A stretch of DNA of 28,396 bases, taken from assembly GCA_003345555.1 (NCBI GenBank), contig PRDJ01000069.1, forward strand, positions 1 to 28,396, given 5' to 3'. The notes under the pieces were generated by a model. It searched no databases. It worked only from the letters and a program-made list of their open reading frames with translations, and was not told the origin of the DNA. The position numbers and the translations under genes were made by a program. This document shows positions 18,737-26,580 of the stretch, piece by piece (the first letter of the stretch is position 1; each line of letters begins with the position of its first letter). This stretch comes from Candidatus Thorarchaeota archaeon. Its GTDB lineage: Archaea; Asgardarchaeota; Thorarchaeia; Thorarchaeales; Thorarchaeaceae.

Positions 18737-18771
18737 TCAAAGATTGTCCACTTCTTATATTCACTCTACGC
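18737..18771 (+). repeat. Duplicated promoter block, copy B (upstream of ABC system 2)
   Basis: TCAAAGATTGTCCACTTCTTATATTCACTCTACGC; begins 58 nt before ATG 18795 (copy A begins 57 nt before ATG 17875). Confidence 0.9.
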
Positions 18772-18794
18772 ACGATGATAGCCCGTGAAAAACA

Positions 18795-19541
18795 ATGTCT
18801 GAATCTGCCATTACAGTAACTAATCTAACAAAACGGTTCGATGATGTTACAGCTATTGAGAATCTCAGTCTAGATATCGGCTGGGGTGAGTTGTTTGGTG
18901 TCCTCGGACCAAATGGTGCAGGCAAGAGCACGCTAGTGAATACTCTGAACACTCTTCTGAAACCCACAGATGGATCGGCAACGGTCGATGGTCATGATGT
19001 TGAGTTCGATCCAGAAGCCGTCCGAGGAGTAATCGGCGTCTGCCCTCAGGAACCAGCCTTCTATCGGTTTCTCACGGGTCAAGAGAACATCACACTGATG
19101 GGTGAGATGCATCTCGTGCCTGAAGCTGTCCTCAAGGAAAGGGTCAGGGCCATGGTGGAGAAGATAGGCATGGAGGACCACATCAATAGACGTGCTAAGG
19201 ATTACAGCGGGGGAATGATTCGTCGAATCAGTATGCTAATGGCGTTAGTCAACGACCCGAAGATAGCATTGCTGGATGAACCCACGGTGGGGATGGATCC
19301 GAATTCCCGTCGAGCGGTGTGGGACTTCATTCGCGAGCTGAAATCTCGGGGCAAGACCGTTATCCTAACTACGCACTACATGGAAGAAGCTCAGGAGCTC
19401 TGTGACAGAGTTGCCATTATTGACGAGGGACATCTAATCGAGCTTGGTTCTCCTGCAGAACTAATAGAGAAACACAAGGCGAAGAACCTTGAGGAAGTCT
19501 TTCTGAATCTAACTGGGAAACAGCTCAAGGAGGCTGTCTAG
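18795..19541 (+). CDS. ABC exporter ATP-binding subunit (DrrA-like)
   Basis: GPNGAGKST, YSGGMIRR, LLDEPTVGMDP, TTHYMEEA. Confidence 0.95.
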   Translation: MSESAITVTNLTKRFDDVTAIENLSLDIGWGELFGVLGPNGAGKSTLVNTLNTLLKPTDGSATVDGHDVEFDPEAVRGVIGVCPQEPAFYRFLTGQENITLMGEMHLVPEAVLKERVRAMVEKIGMEDHINRRAKDYSGGMIRRISMLMALVNDPKIALLDEPTVGMDPNSRRAVWDFIRELKSRGKTVILTTHYMEEAQELCDRVAIIDEGHLIELGSPAELIEKHKAKNLEEVFLNLTGKQLKEAV

Positions 19542-19543
19542 AG

Positions 19544-20704
19544 ATGAATGCTAGACGAATAATAGCGCTGACAAAGAAGGAGCTAAGGAAGACCACAAGA
19601 GAGCCAGCGGTTCTCTTCCTTGTGATACTGTTCCCAATCACGGTTACATTCGTATTTGGTCTTGCATTTGGCGGGATCGGAGGAGGAGGAACGACAAGCT
19701 TCGATGTGGGGCTGTTGAATCTTGATGCTACAAGTCCTCAAGCAGATTGGAGTCTTGCATTTGTTGACAACCTGACTACATCTGACGTCTTTGTCATGCA
19801 TGCGTTTGCTGACAATGATTCTGGGCACTCAGCGCTGCTTCAGGGTAATCTTGATGCATTCATCATCATTCCGGAGGGATTTGGTGACAGTGTTGCATCT
19901 TACTATGGGTCACCGTTCGACCCAAGTGCATGGACAAACTCGACTATTGAGCTCTACGTCGACAGTGGGTCTCTGATGGCGGTGTCGGCTATCCCTCCTC
20001 TCGTCCAAGAGGCTTTGATGAAGGCTATCTTCGGAAATGATGCAATGGCAATTGGTCTGCCTGTTGAGATTGGAAGCCCGGGTCTAGTGGAGTCAAGCAC
20101 GTTCACTCAATGGGATTTCATGGCTCCCGGAATGTTTGCCTTCGCCAGTATATTCCTTACAATGATTGTGGCTCAAACGATAACTGGCGAGAGGGATGAA
20201 GGCCTCTTGAAGAGACTAAAGACAACTCCCGCTTCATCGGCGGACTACATGATCAGTCAGACCGCATCTTACATGGTGATTGCGGCACTGCAGGTAGCAT
20301 TAGTCCTGACAACATCGTTCGCAATCGGATATCGGCCGGGAACTGGAGTTGCAGGAGTTGTATTCACATTTGTGATCGCTGTGGCGTTCTCACTGGTGGC
20401 AGTTGGTTTCGGTCTGATTTCTGCGACACTCTGCAAGTCTGCTGAAGCGGCAACTGGCGTGAGCTTCATTTTCATCATGCCCCAGATGTTCTTGGGCACA
20501 TTCATGCCACTAGGTGGAGCAGCAGAAGCCATCTCCAAGTTCGTTCCAACCAAGTATGTCACTGAAGCAATAACGACCCTATTCCTGAGAGGCGCACCGA
20601 TAACAACACCTGTTATCTGGATTAATCTGGCTATTGTATCACTTGCCGGATTATTGCTCGTAGCTGTGGGAACCGTCTTGTTTGAGAGATATGGTTCTCA
20701 CTAG
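19544..20704 (+). CDS. ABC-2 type permease with large extracytoplasmic loop
   Basis: KKELRKTTRE, one TM, long loop, then FMAPG, ERDEGLLKRLKTTP, PQMFLG and further TMs. Confidence 0.92.
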   Translation: MNARRIIALTKKELRKTTREPAVLFLVILFPITVTFVFGLAFGGIGGGGTTSFDVGLLNLDATSPQADWSLAFVDNLTTSDVFVMHAFADNDSGHSALLQGNLDAFIIIPEGFGDSVASYYGSPFDPSAWTNSTIELYVDSGSLMAVSAIPPLVQEALMKAIFGNDAMAIGLPVEIGSPGLVESSTFTQWDFMAPGMFAFASIFLTMIVAQTITGERDEGLLKRLKTTPASSADYMISQTASYMVIAALQVALVLTTSFAIGYRPGTGVAGVVFTFVIAVAFSLVAVGFGLISATLCKSAEAATGVSFIFIMPQMFLGTFMPLGGAAEAISKFVPTKYVTEAITTLFLRGAPITTPVIWINLAIVSLAGLLLVAVGTVLFERYGSH

Positions 20705-20730
20705 GAGTCCCGCTAGGGACTCCCCTTTCT
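20704..20730 (+). terminator. Hairpin terminator after ABC system 2
   Basis: GGAGTCCC-gcta-GGGACTCC perfect 8-bp stem starting at the last base of the stop codon, followed by CCTTTCT. Confidence 0.6.
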
Positions 20731-20786
20731 ATTATAGTTATTAAGAGCCAACGATGAATAAGATTGAACAGATTTGAGGTGAGCCA

Positions 20787-21470
20787 ATGAGTTCTGATGT
20801 AGACAAATCGGACAACGATGTGATTACAAGAGCGAGACGACTTCTTCTACTCGCAGATCTGATTGATAATTACCCACAGGTAGTATCGCGCAGAGTGGCA
20901 GGCTTGGTCTACATCCTGATTGGTGGCGGGATTTCATTCGCCACATTGATATTCATGTCACTTCAGGACTTGCTTGGTCCTGGAGATCCCTTTCTGACGA
21001 ACATAGGATTCGTCATACTCGGCCTTGTCGCTTCATGGATCATTGGCTTTAGACTGATTGTTCCGCTTACACGCTCATACCCAGTACAGCCTAGCGCATC
21101 CGAAGGTGGAAAAGCAGCCTCTGCACTTTGGGGAGTTCTTGGGACAGCCATTGTGTTATTATCACTCGTGATATTTCAGATGGGACTGGCGGAACTATTC
21201 CCACCGACACTCCAATTCATAATGGGCTGTGGTTTCACAATCACTTATGTCTTCGGAAAGAGAGCAAGCAGTTACAACTTCTACTCCAGAGAACACGTCT
21301 ACTTCGCAATTGCGATATTCCTCAGCATGATTCCAATGCTGATCGTTCCTGCTGCTGCATACGTGGTTCTGATTGTAGTGGACATGGGGGGAATCTATGC
21401 TATTGGCATACATATGCTGATCACTGCTGAAGGACTTCTGGTGGAGAGTGAAGGGCAGGGATACGGTTGA
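20787..21470 (+). CDS. Hypothetical membrane protein (about 6 TM)
   Basis: GAGGTGA SD; six hydrophobic segments; TTGA overlap with the downstream regulator. Confidence 0.8.
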   Translation: MSSDVDKSDNDVITRARRLLLLADLIDNYPQVVSRRVAGLVYILIGGGISFATLIFMSLQDLLGPGDPFLTNIGFVILGLVASWIIGFRLIVPLTRSYPVQPSASEGGKAASALWGVLGTAIVLLSLVIFQMGLAELFPPTLQFIMGCGFTITYVFGKRASSYNFYSREHVYFAIAIFLSMIPMLIVPAAAYVVLIVVDMGGIYAIGIHMLITAEGLLVESEGQGYG

Positions 21471-21817
21471 GTCTTGATGGGGAACTCCTGTCAACGTTGG
21501 TCGGACTCATGGAAGAAGACAGCGAAACCATGGTTCCCGCACGCCTCTCCCTTCTGGTCTATCTCTATTTCGCACGGCATGCAACGTTTCCTGTCCTTCA
21601 GAAGAAACTTGGTTTCACATCAGGCAATCTATCAAGTCACCTCAGAAAGCTGGAGGAGCTGGGTCTGATTCAAATATCAAAGAGCTTTGTGAAACTAAGA
21701 CCAACAACCTTCGCTGTCCTGACGAAGGAAGGAGCAGAACGCCTGAGAAGCCAGATGGTTCGAATGCGTGAGTTGGTATCAATGGTTGTGGACAAAGAAA
21801 CCAAATCCGAGGAGTAG
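21467..21817 (+). CDS. Winged-helix transcriptional regulator (ArsR/MarR-like, HTH_34 type)
   Basis: RLSLLVYL...FPVLQKKLGFTSGNLSSHLRKLEELGLI...KSF...PTTF..LT.EG. Confidence 0.88.
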   Translation: MSLDGELLSTLVGLMEEDSETMVPARLSLLVYLYFARHATFPVLQKKLGFTSGNLSSHLRKLEELGLIQISKSFVKLRPTTFAVLTKEGAERLRSQMVRMRELVSMVVDKETKSEE

Positions 21818-21942
21818 TCTTCGCAGCTTCAAGGGATTGGGAACCTTGCCCACGTAGGCCATCTCGATACATGTGTTGTTGGATGCCGGAATCGACTGGC
21901 CTTAAGTCCTCAGATGCGATTGTCTATGACAACAACATCTCA

Positions 21943-22131
21943 CTAGACACAACCCTGCGTCACGCTAGTTTCTGAGAAGCATCTTCCTGCCTTTCCGAAG
22001 GGCTTTCGTTCCTTCTCAGCCTTTTCTGGTTCAGCAAGTTTAGGTTTTACGAATCGGTAATAACCTCTCACAATGAAGAATAGTGCATACAGTGAAACGA
22101 AGGGGACTCTGTAGAATGCTTCATCAGCCAT
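21943..22131 (-). pseudogene. Truncated ICMT-family gene (first 48 codons only)
   Basis: MADEAFYRVPFVSLYALFFIVRGYYRFVKPKLAEPEKAEKERKPFGKA is 45/48 identical to copy 3; similarity stops abruptly at 21987. Confidence 0.9.
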
Positions 22132-22165
22132 AGTCCTAACCACCACTTACATGCTGACAAGACAT
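21987..22165. repeat. 179-bp direct repeat, copy L (ICMT 5' end plus SD region)
   Basis: Ungapped hand alignment to 25164-25342 gives 159/179 identical (about 89%). Confidence 0.9.
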
Positions 22166-22303
22166 ACTGGCGAGTCAAGATAGATACTGGCAGTCGCTTT
22201 CTGAGCTTGTCAGTCAAGCGATCAAATGCCCTCTCATGTAATAGGCTCGCGAGATGGTACGCCCACGACCGTGAGCTGGACATCCCAGCTGCCAGCCCGT
22301 TGC

Positions 22304-22903
22304 CTACTCTTCTCTGATGGCAGTGAGGGCTGCAACTATGATCCGAGTGAGAGCGCCTGCCAGCTCCTCGTCTGATACGCTTAATCCATCATGGAGCACT
22401 TGCCTGTGGGTTGTGGAGTCGACTATGTGGAAGACGATGCTCCCCCACTTCTGCAGTTTCTCACTGTTTTCGCGTCCGGTCAGCTTGCTGAGGATAGACG
22501 TTACAGAGTCCGAGCCGATAGAGAAGAGATGTTTCCCGAGCTCGGCGGTTTCAGCGTCCTCAAGGACTGCCATCTCGAAGGCGGCGATGTTTGACGAAAC
22601 CCGCCGGTGTCCCTTGATGAACCTCAACAGAGCCCTGCGAAGCAAGATGGGTGCGTTCTCGGGCGTAGCTCCCCCTAGTTCCTCTGAGAAGACCATTTCC
22701 CTCATGTCCTCAACTGCCTTCCAAGCTATGTCGGGCTTACCGCCGGGGAAGTACTTGTAGAGGAGGCCGATGCTCACTCCAGCCTCTGCCGCGATTTGAT
22801 TTGTGGTAGTGGCGGCGTATCCCTGCTTCTTGAACAGAGTGTTGGCTGTGTTGAGTATTGCGGCTATCTTTGTCGTCTTGTCTCGTCGTCTAGGCTGGGC
22901 CAT
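22304..22903 (-). CDS. TetR/AcrR family transcriptional regulator
   Basis: ILNTANTLFKKQGYAATTTNQIAAEAGVSIGLLYKYFP is the canonical TetR N-terminal HTH. Confidence 0.95.
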   Translation of the reverse strand: MAQPRRRDKTTKIAAILNTANTLFKKQGYAATTTNQIAAEAGVSIGLLYKYFPGGKPDIAWKAVEDMREMVFSEELGGATPENAPILLRRALLRFIKGHRRVSSNIAAFEMAVLEDAETAELGKHLFSIGSDSVTSILSKLTGRENSEKLQKWGSIVFHIVDSTTHRQVLHDGLSVSDEELAGALTRIIVAALTAIREE

Positions 22904-22928
22904 CAGTATACTGAAACCAGCACGCCTT

Positions 22929-22971
22929 TAAGTGAGTTTCGCTCACTAAATAAGTGAGCAAGACTCACTAA
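22929..22971. promoter_or_regulatory. Two tandem palindromic operators, AGTGAG-N5-CTCACT
   Basis: 22931-22947 AGTGAGtttcgCTCACT and 22953-22969 AGTGAGcaagaCTCACT, 22-bp period, both flanked by TA...AA, lying between divergent TetR and esterase genes. Confidence 0.85.
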
Positions 22972-23004
22972 GAGGTGTGAGAAACGACTGAATCGTCGCT
23001 TGGG

Positions 23005-24231
23005 GTGGCGAGAGCACCAAGAAGCATCGGAATATTCAAGGACGCCGAAACCGACTGGGCATTCAACCGGACATTGGCCTTCATGAGCGAGAAGGCTGCC
23101 GAGATCGGGGAGTGTCTCTATACTGCCCGCCTGATAGACGAGCGGGATGGCGACAGCTGGATTGACGAGTGGGCCAATCTTGGGCAGCGGGTGGAGGCCC
23201 TCGGCGACGAATCCCTGAGGAATGGACACACAGTGAGTGCTCGTGAAGCGTACCTTCGTGCATCGAACTACTGGAGAACCGCCGAGTATGCCTGCACTCC
23301 TAGCCACGCCCGTTTCCAGGAAACTTGGCAGAGGAGCGTTAGCGCCTTCAGGAAAGCTTGTCCTCTGTTCAGGCCAGAGATTCAGGTGTTAGAGGTGCCG
23401 TTCGAAGGAAAGATGCTGCCCGGCTACTTCATGCGGCCAGATGATTCAGTCAGAAAGAGGCCCACCATGTTTGCGGTTGGCGGAAACGATTCCTCGCTCG
23501 AAGAGATACTCATTGCGACAGGGTTCTCTGCAGTCCGCAGAGGTTACAACTTCTTCACGTTCGAATATCCTGGTCACCGTGGGGCGGTCCATCTCTACCC
23601 TGACTGTGTGAAGCGATCCGACTACTCTGCTCCCTTCAGTGCCGCTTTCGACCTACTCGGTAACCTGCCAGGGGTGGATGACCGGATGGCTCTGTCAGGG
23701 TACAGCTACGGCGGGTACGTGGTTTCACAGGTTGCCACCCGCGAATCCAGAGTAAAGGCTCTCATACCCGACAGTCCCATCATGGACGTGCCCGGTTTGC
23801 AGAGGAGCAGCCGGTTCAGTCGGGCTTTCAGACGCATGCCTCGTGGGCTTCTGGAAAGCGCAGTTGATAGGAAACTGCGCAAGACCCCCGTGTTAAGGGG
23901 GCTTGTCTATTACACCATATGGTCATGGGGCTGTCCAAACTTCGGGGAATGGGTTGACTGGAAGACGAAACTGGAGAACGTTATTACCGACGAGGTGCAC
24001 AAAATCAAGTGCCCTACCCTCGCTCTGGTTAGCGCGCACGAGGGGGCATTCATGGTGGAGCAGGCCAAGTCCTTCATGGAGAAGATTGGTTCCGCTGAGA
24101 AGATGCTCCACTTGTTCACTCAGGAACAGGACGGGTCATACGACCATTGCCAGCTCGACAACATATCGCGCGGGCAGCAGGTTGTTTATGACTGGCTGGA
24201 CGACATCTTCGACTACAAGTATGTGGGGTAG
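23005..24231 (+). CDS. Alpha/beta hydrolase, FrsA / 2,6-dihydropseudooxynicotine hydrolase-like esterase
   Basis: AREAYLRASNYWRTAE, VPFEGKMLPGY, GGNDS, FEYPG, GYSYGG nucleophile, DHCQ. Confidence 0.88.
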   Translation: MARAPRSIGIFKDAETDWAFNRTLAFMSEKAAEIGECLYTARLIDERDGDSWIDEWANLGQRVEALGDESLRNGHTVSAREAYLRASNYWRTAEYACTPSHARFQETWQRSVSAFRKACPLFRPEIQVLEVPFEGKMLPGYFMRPDDSVRKRPTMFAVGGNDSSLEEILIATGFSAVRRGYNFFTFEYPGHRGAVHLYPDCVKRSDYSAPFSAAFDLLGNLPGVDDRMALSGYSYGGYVVSQVATRESRVKALIPDSPIMDVPGLQRSSRFSRAFRRMPRGLLESAVDRKLRKTPVLRGLVYYTIWSWGCPNFGEWVDWKTKLENVITDEVHKIKCPTLALVSAHEGAFMVEQAKSFMEKIGSAEKMLHLFTQEQDGSYDHCQLDNISRGQQVVYDWLDDIFDYKYVG

Positions 24232-24310
24232 CACTTCATCCAACTCCTGCGCTTTCCGTACTCAGTGATTCTTGTTGACCCAATCCAGCCTATTCAGAGG
24301 CCAACCATCA

Positions 24311-24600
24311 AGATTCCTTCCAAGGACCAAGAGTCCTACATACAGTCCGGGTCGAAGCACACTGTATTTCTTAAGGGCAAGTGGACATCGATGATAAACT
24401 GGCTAAAGGAACGGTTCGATTAGGGGCTCTTTCCCGGCATCGTCACTGGCGTGGGGTCTAGCACTTTTCTAGGACAATGCCATTGAATATGCATCCCGCT
24501 TCGCTTGAGGCCGATCTGGGCTCTTGATGACGGAATTGAAGTCTACTCCCCCGAACAACTCGATCTATTGGCCAGTCAATGAAGCATTTTGCGCGCTATG
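24311..24600 (+). pseudogene. Decayed remnant of the lysophospholipase 3' end and the downstream membrane gene 5' end (source 12188-12393)
   Basis: 24311-24423 aligns ungapped to 12188-12300 (87/113). 24497-24600 aligns to 12289-12393 with a 1-nt deletion and an AGA>TGA nonsense change. Confidence 0.85.
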
Positions 24601-24657
24601 GACGGCACGGTGTTGGTCACCACGACCGCTGAATCTCACTGAAGCAGATAAGTGCTT

Positions 24658-25308
24658 TCACTCGGAGCCAATAGAGTGCTCTTGACTTTCGTCCTTTTTG
24701 TTTCTAGATACCTTTGGGAAGAAGCGACCAGTCCGCTTCATGTACTCCCGGTATTCATCACCGAATTCCTGCAGCAGCATCTGTTCTTCTTTTCTCGCAA
24801 CGAATGGAAACAGTATGATGAGCATAATTGCGAAACAGATAATCAGGAGGTTGGCAGTGACCAGAGACATACCCAATGAGAAACCGGTCAACACGGTATA
24901 CATTGGATGGCGGACCCTTGCATATGGTCCACTCGTGATCAGTGAGTGACTCTCCTTTATCCGTAAACAGGGCGAGTATTGTTTTCCTAGTGTTCGATGA
25001 ATCCAAGCCAACAGAGGTATGTCGGCTAGTACCACTAGGACACCAACCCACCGTACGGTTTCTGGATAGCCGGGTATCTGTGTCCATGCGAACCATGGCA
25101 AGTCTAGCAGGTATAGGATTATTGAGCCAAAGGAACCAAGAATGACACAACTTATTGCTGCTTCTGCCTTTCCGAAGGGCTTTCGTTCCTTCTCAGCTTT
25201 CTCTGGTTCGGCAAGTTTCGGTTTTACGAATCGGTAATAGCCTCTCACAATGAAGAACAGTGCATACAATGAAACAAATAGGATTCTGTAGAAGGTCTCA
25301 TCAGCCAT
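24658..25308 (-). CDS. ICMT/Ste14 family membrane methyltransferase, copy 3 (full length)
   Basis: GPYARVRHPMY, EEQMLLQEFGDEYREYMKRTGRFFP; ATG 25308 (MADE) chosen by comparison with the other copies; about 78% aa identity to copy 1 by hand count. Confidence 0.88.
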   Translation of the reverse strand: MADETFYRILFVSLYALFFIVRGYYRFVKPKLAEPEKAEKERKPFGKAEAAISCVILGSFGSIILYLLDLPWFAWTQIPGYPETVRWVGVLVVLADIPLLAWIHRTLGKQYSPCLRIKESHSLITSGPYARVRHPMYTVLTGFSLGMSLVTANLLIICFAIMLIILFPFVARKEEQMLLQEFGDEYREYMKRTGRFFPKVSRNKKDESQEHSIGSE

Positions 25309-25342
25309 AGTCGCTACCACCACCTGCACGCTGACAAGACAT
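25164..25342. repeat. 179-bp direct repeat, copy R
   Basis: Partner of 21987-22165. Confidence 0.9.
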
Positions 25343-25731
25343 GCCGCGACTAAGTAATTTGTGGATGGAGCAATGTTTCCATCCTCTTCATCTCGCGCGC
25401 GAGAATCCTGTTTCACGACATCAGCTACACTCATGGATGAACCAGTGGTCCCGACATGGATTCATCGTGCTGGCCTCTGCACGATCACTGTGTTCGAAAT
25501 CAGGGAAGCCGTCGAAACTGACAGTGTTCGCCTCGTTCAGATACATCATCAGGACGTTTAGAAGGTCAAGTGAGGGAGCTGGCACCTCTACATGTAGGTC
25601 GAGGAACTCCCTATCACACTCGGGAACAACATCTCTGTGAGTGTCCAGTCTGGATCGGAACTGGAGGCAAGAATCCAAATGACAACCTTCTTTTGACTCA
25701 CCTCTGCGGTCAGGCTGGAGAACTGCACCCA

Positions 25732-26439
25732 GTGAGAACATCCGATGCGCTACTGCTGCTGAGCATGGCCTTGCTCACAGTCTATGGAATGCTCGCGATA
25801 TTGCTTCCTGAGTCCACCGGATTCTTACTCCTAGTCTACGACTGGCTGCTGCAGATATCCATCGCCTTGGGATATCCCGGCGATTTCCTTGTACCACTGG
25901 TGGGAAATGCCATCATCATTGTACCCTTTCCTTACATGGGTGTTCCATTCATATTGGGTGGCGTAAGAGACCCCGTCACATTCGACTTCGTCTTCGACCC
26001 GACACTCGTGGGTCTGGTTGCCGGGTTGGGCGCGATGATTGGGGAGATGGTATGCTATCTCACAGGGCGGCTTGGTGGGAAACTGGTAGATGAGAACCAG
26101 ACAAGTGGTTTCTCAGCCTTTGTGAAACGTCATTCCATAGCCACTCCCCTAGCGGTCCTCATCGTGGCCGCGACACCTCTTCCAGATGACGCGGTAATAA
26201 TACCACTCGGGGCGGTCAAGTATCCATGGTGGAAGGTTGTGCCACTCTTACTTGTAGGCAAGAGTCTGGAGTTGACTGCAATTGCCTGGGCGGGCCGATT
26301 GAGTCTCGATTGGATAGCGGGCTGGTTGGGGGCAACCGAGTCTGCAGGCATACTGGGAACGATAACAGAGGTGGCCGCAATGGCGTTGGTCGTGCTTTCT
26401 CTTTATCTCGTAGCACGGATCGACTGGACTCGATACTAG
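25732..26439 (+). CDS. VTT/DedA (SNARE-associated) domain membrane protein
   Basis: GNAIIIVPFPY, GLGAMIGEMVCYLTGRLG, AATPLPDD...IPLG...GK motifs; GTG 25732 follows a GGAG SD (the track's start at 25570 is probably too long). Confidence 0.85.
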   Translation: MRTSDALLLLSMALLTVYGMLAILLPESTGFLLLVYDWLLQISIALGYPGDFLVPLVGNAIIIVPFPYMGVPFILGGVRDPVTFDFVFDPTLVGLVAGLGAMIGEMVCYLTGRLGGKLVDENQTSGFSAFVKRHSIATPLAVLIVAATPLPDDAVIIPLGAVKYPWWKVVPLLLVGKSLELTAIAWAGRLSLDWIAGWLGATESAGILGTITEVAAMALVVLSLYLVARIDWTRY

Positions 26440-26580
26440 ACAGGCTCCGACTTCACTCTCCATTCTCTCTCTGGCGGGGCAAACAGAGAGCAAGAAGGAT
26501 TGTGCTCTAAAGGTCAATCCAAAATGATTCTCAGAAGAAAAATAAGGAACAAGATCAATGATTTCTCTCCGGGTTGAACT

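Noticed and set aside
13480-18788. CGTGA placed exactly 11 nt before the ATG of three genes (13491, 17875, 18795)
   Set aside because: GTGA at this spacing is the archaeal Shine-Dalgarno core, so it is not evidence of a new motif by itself.
22304-24231. Apparently higher GC in the TetR/esterase cassette (one 60-nt line 37/60, versus 25/60 for a line at 27121)
   Set aside because: Single-line spot counts are too noisy; a sliding-window calculation is needed before claiming foreign origin.
24658-25434. 42-aa N-terminal extension of ICMT copy 3 in the ORF track
   Set aside because: Similarity to the other copies begins at MADE and an SD-like GGTGGT lies just upstream of ATG 25308.
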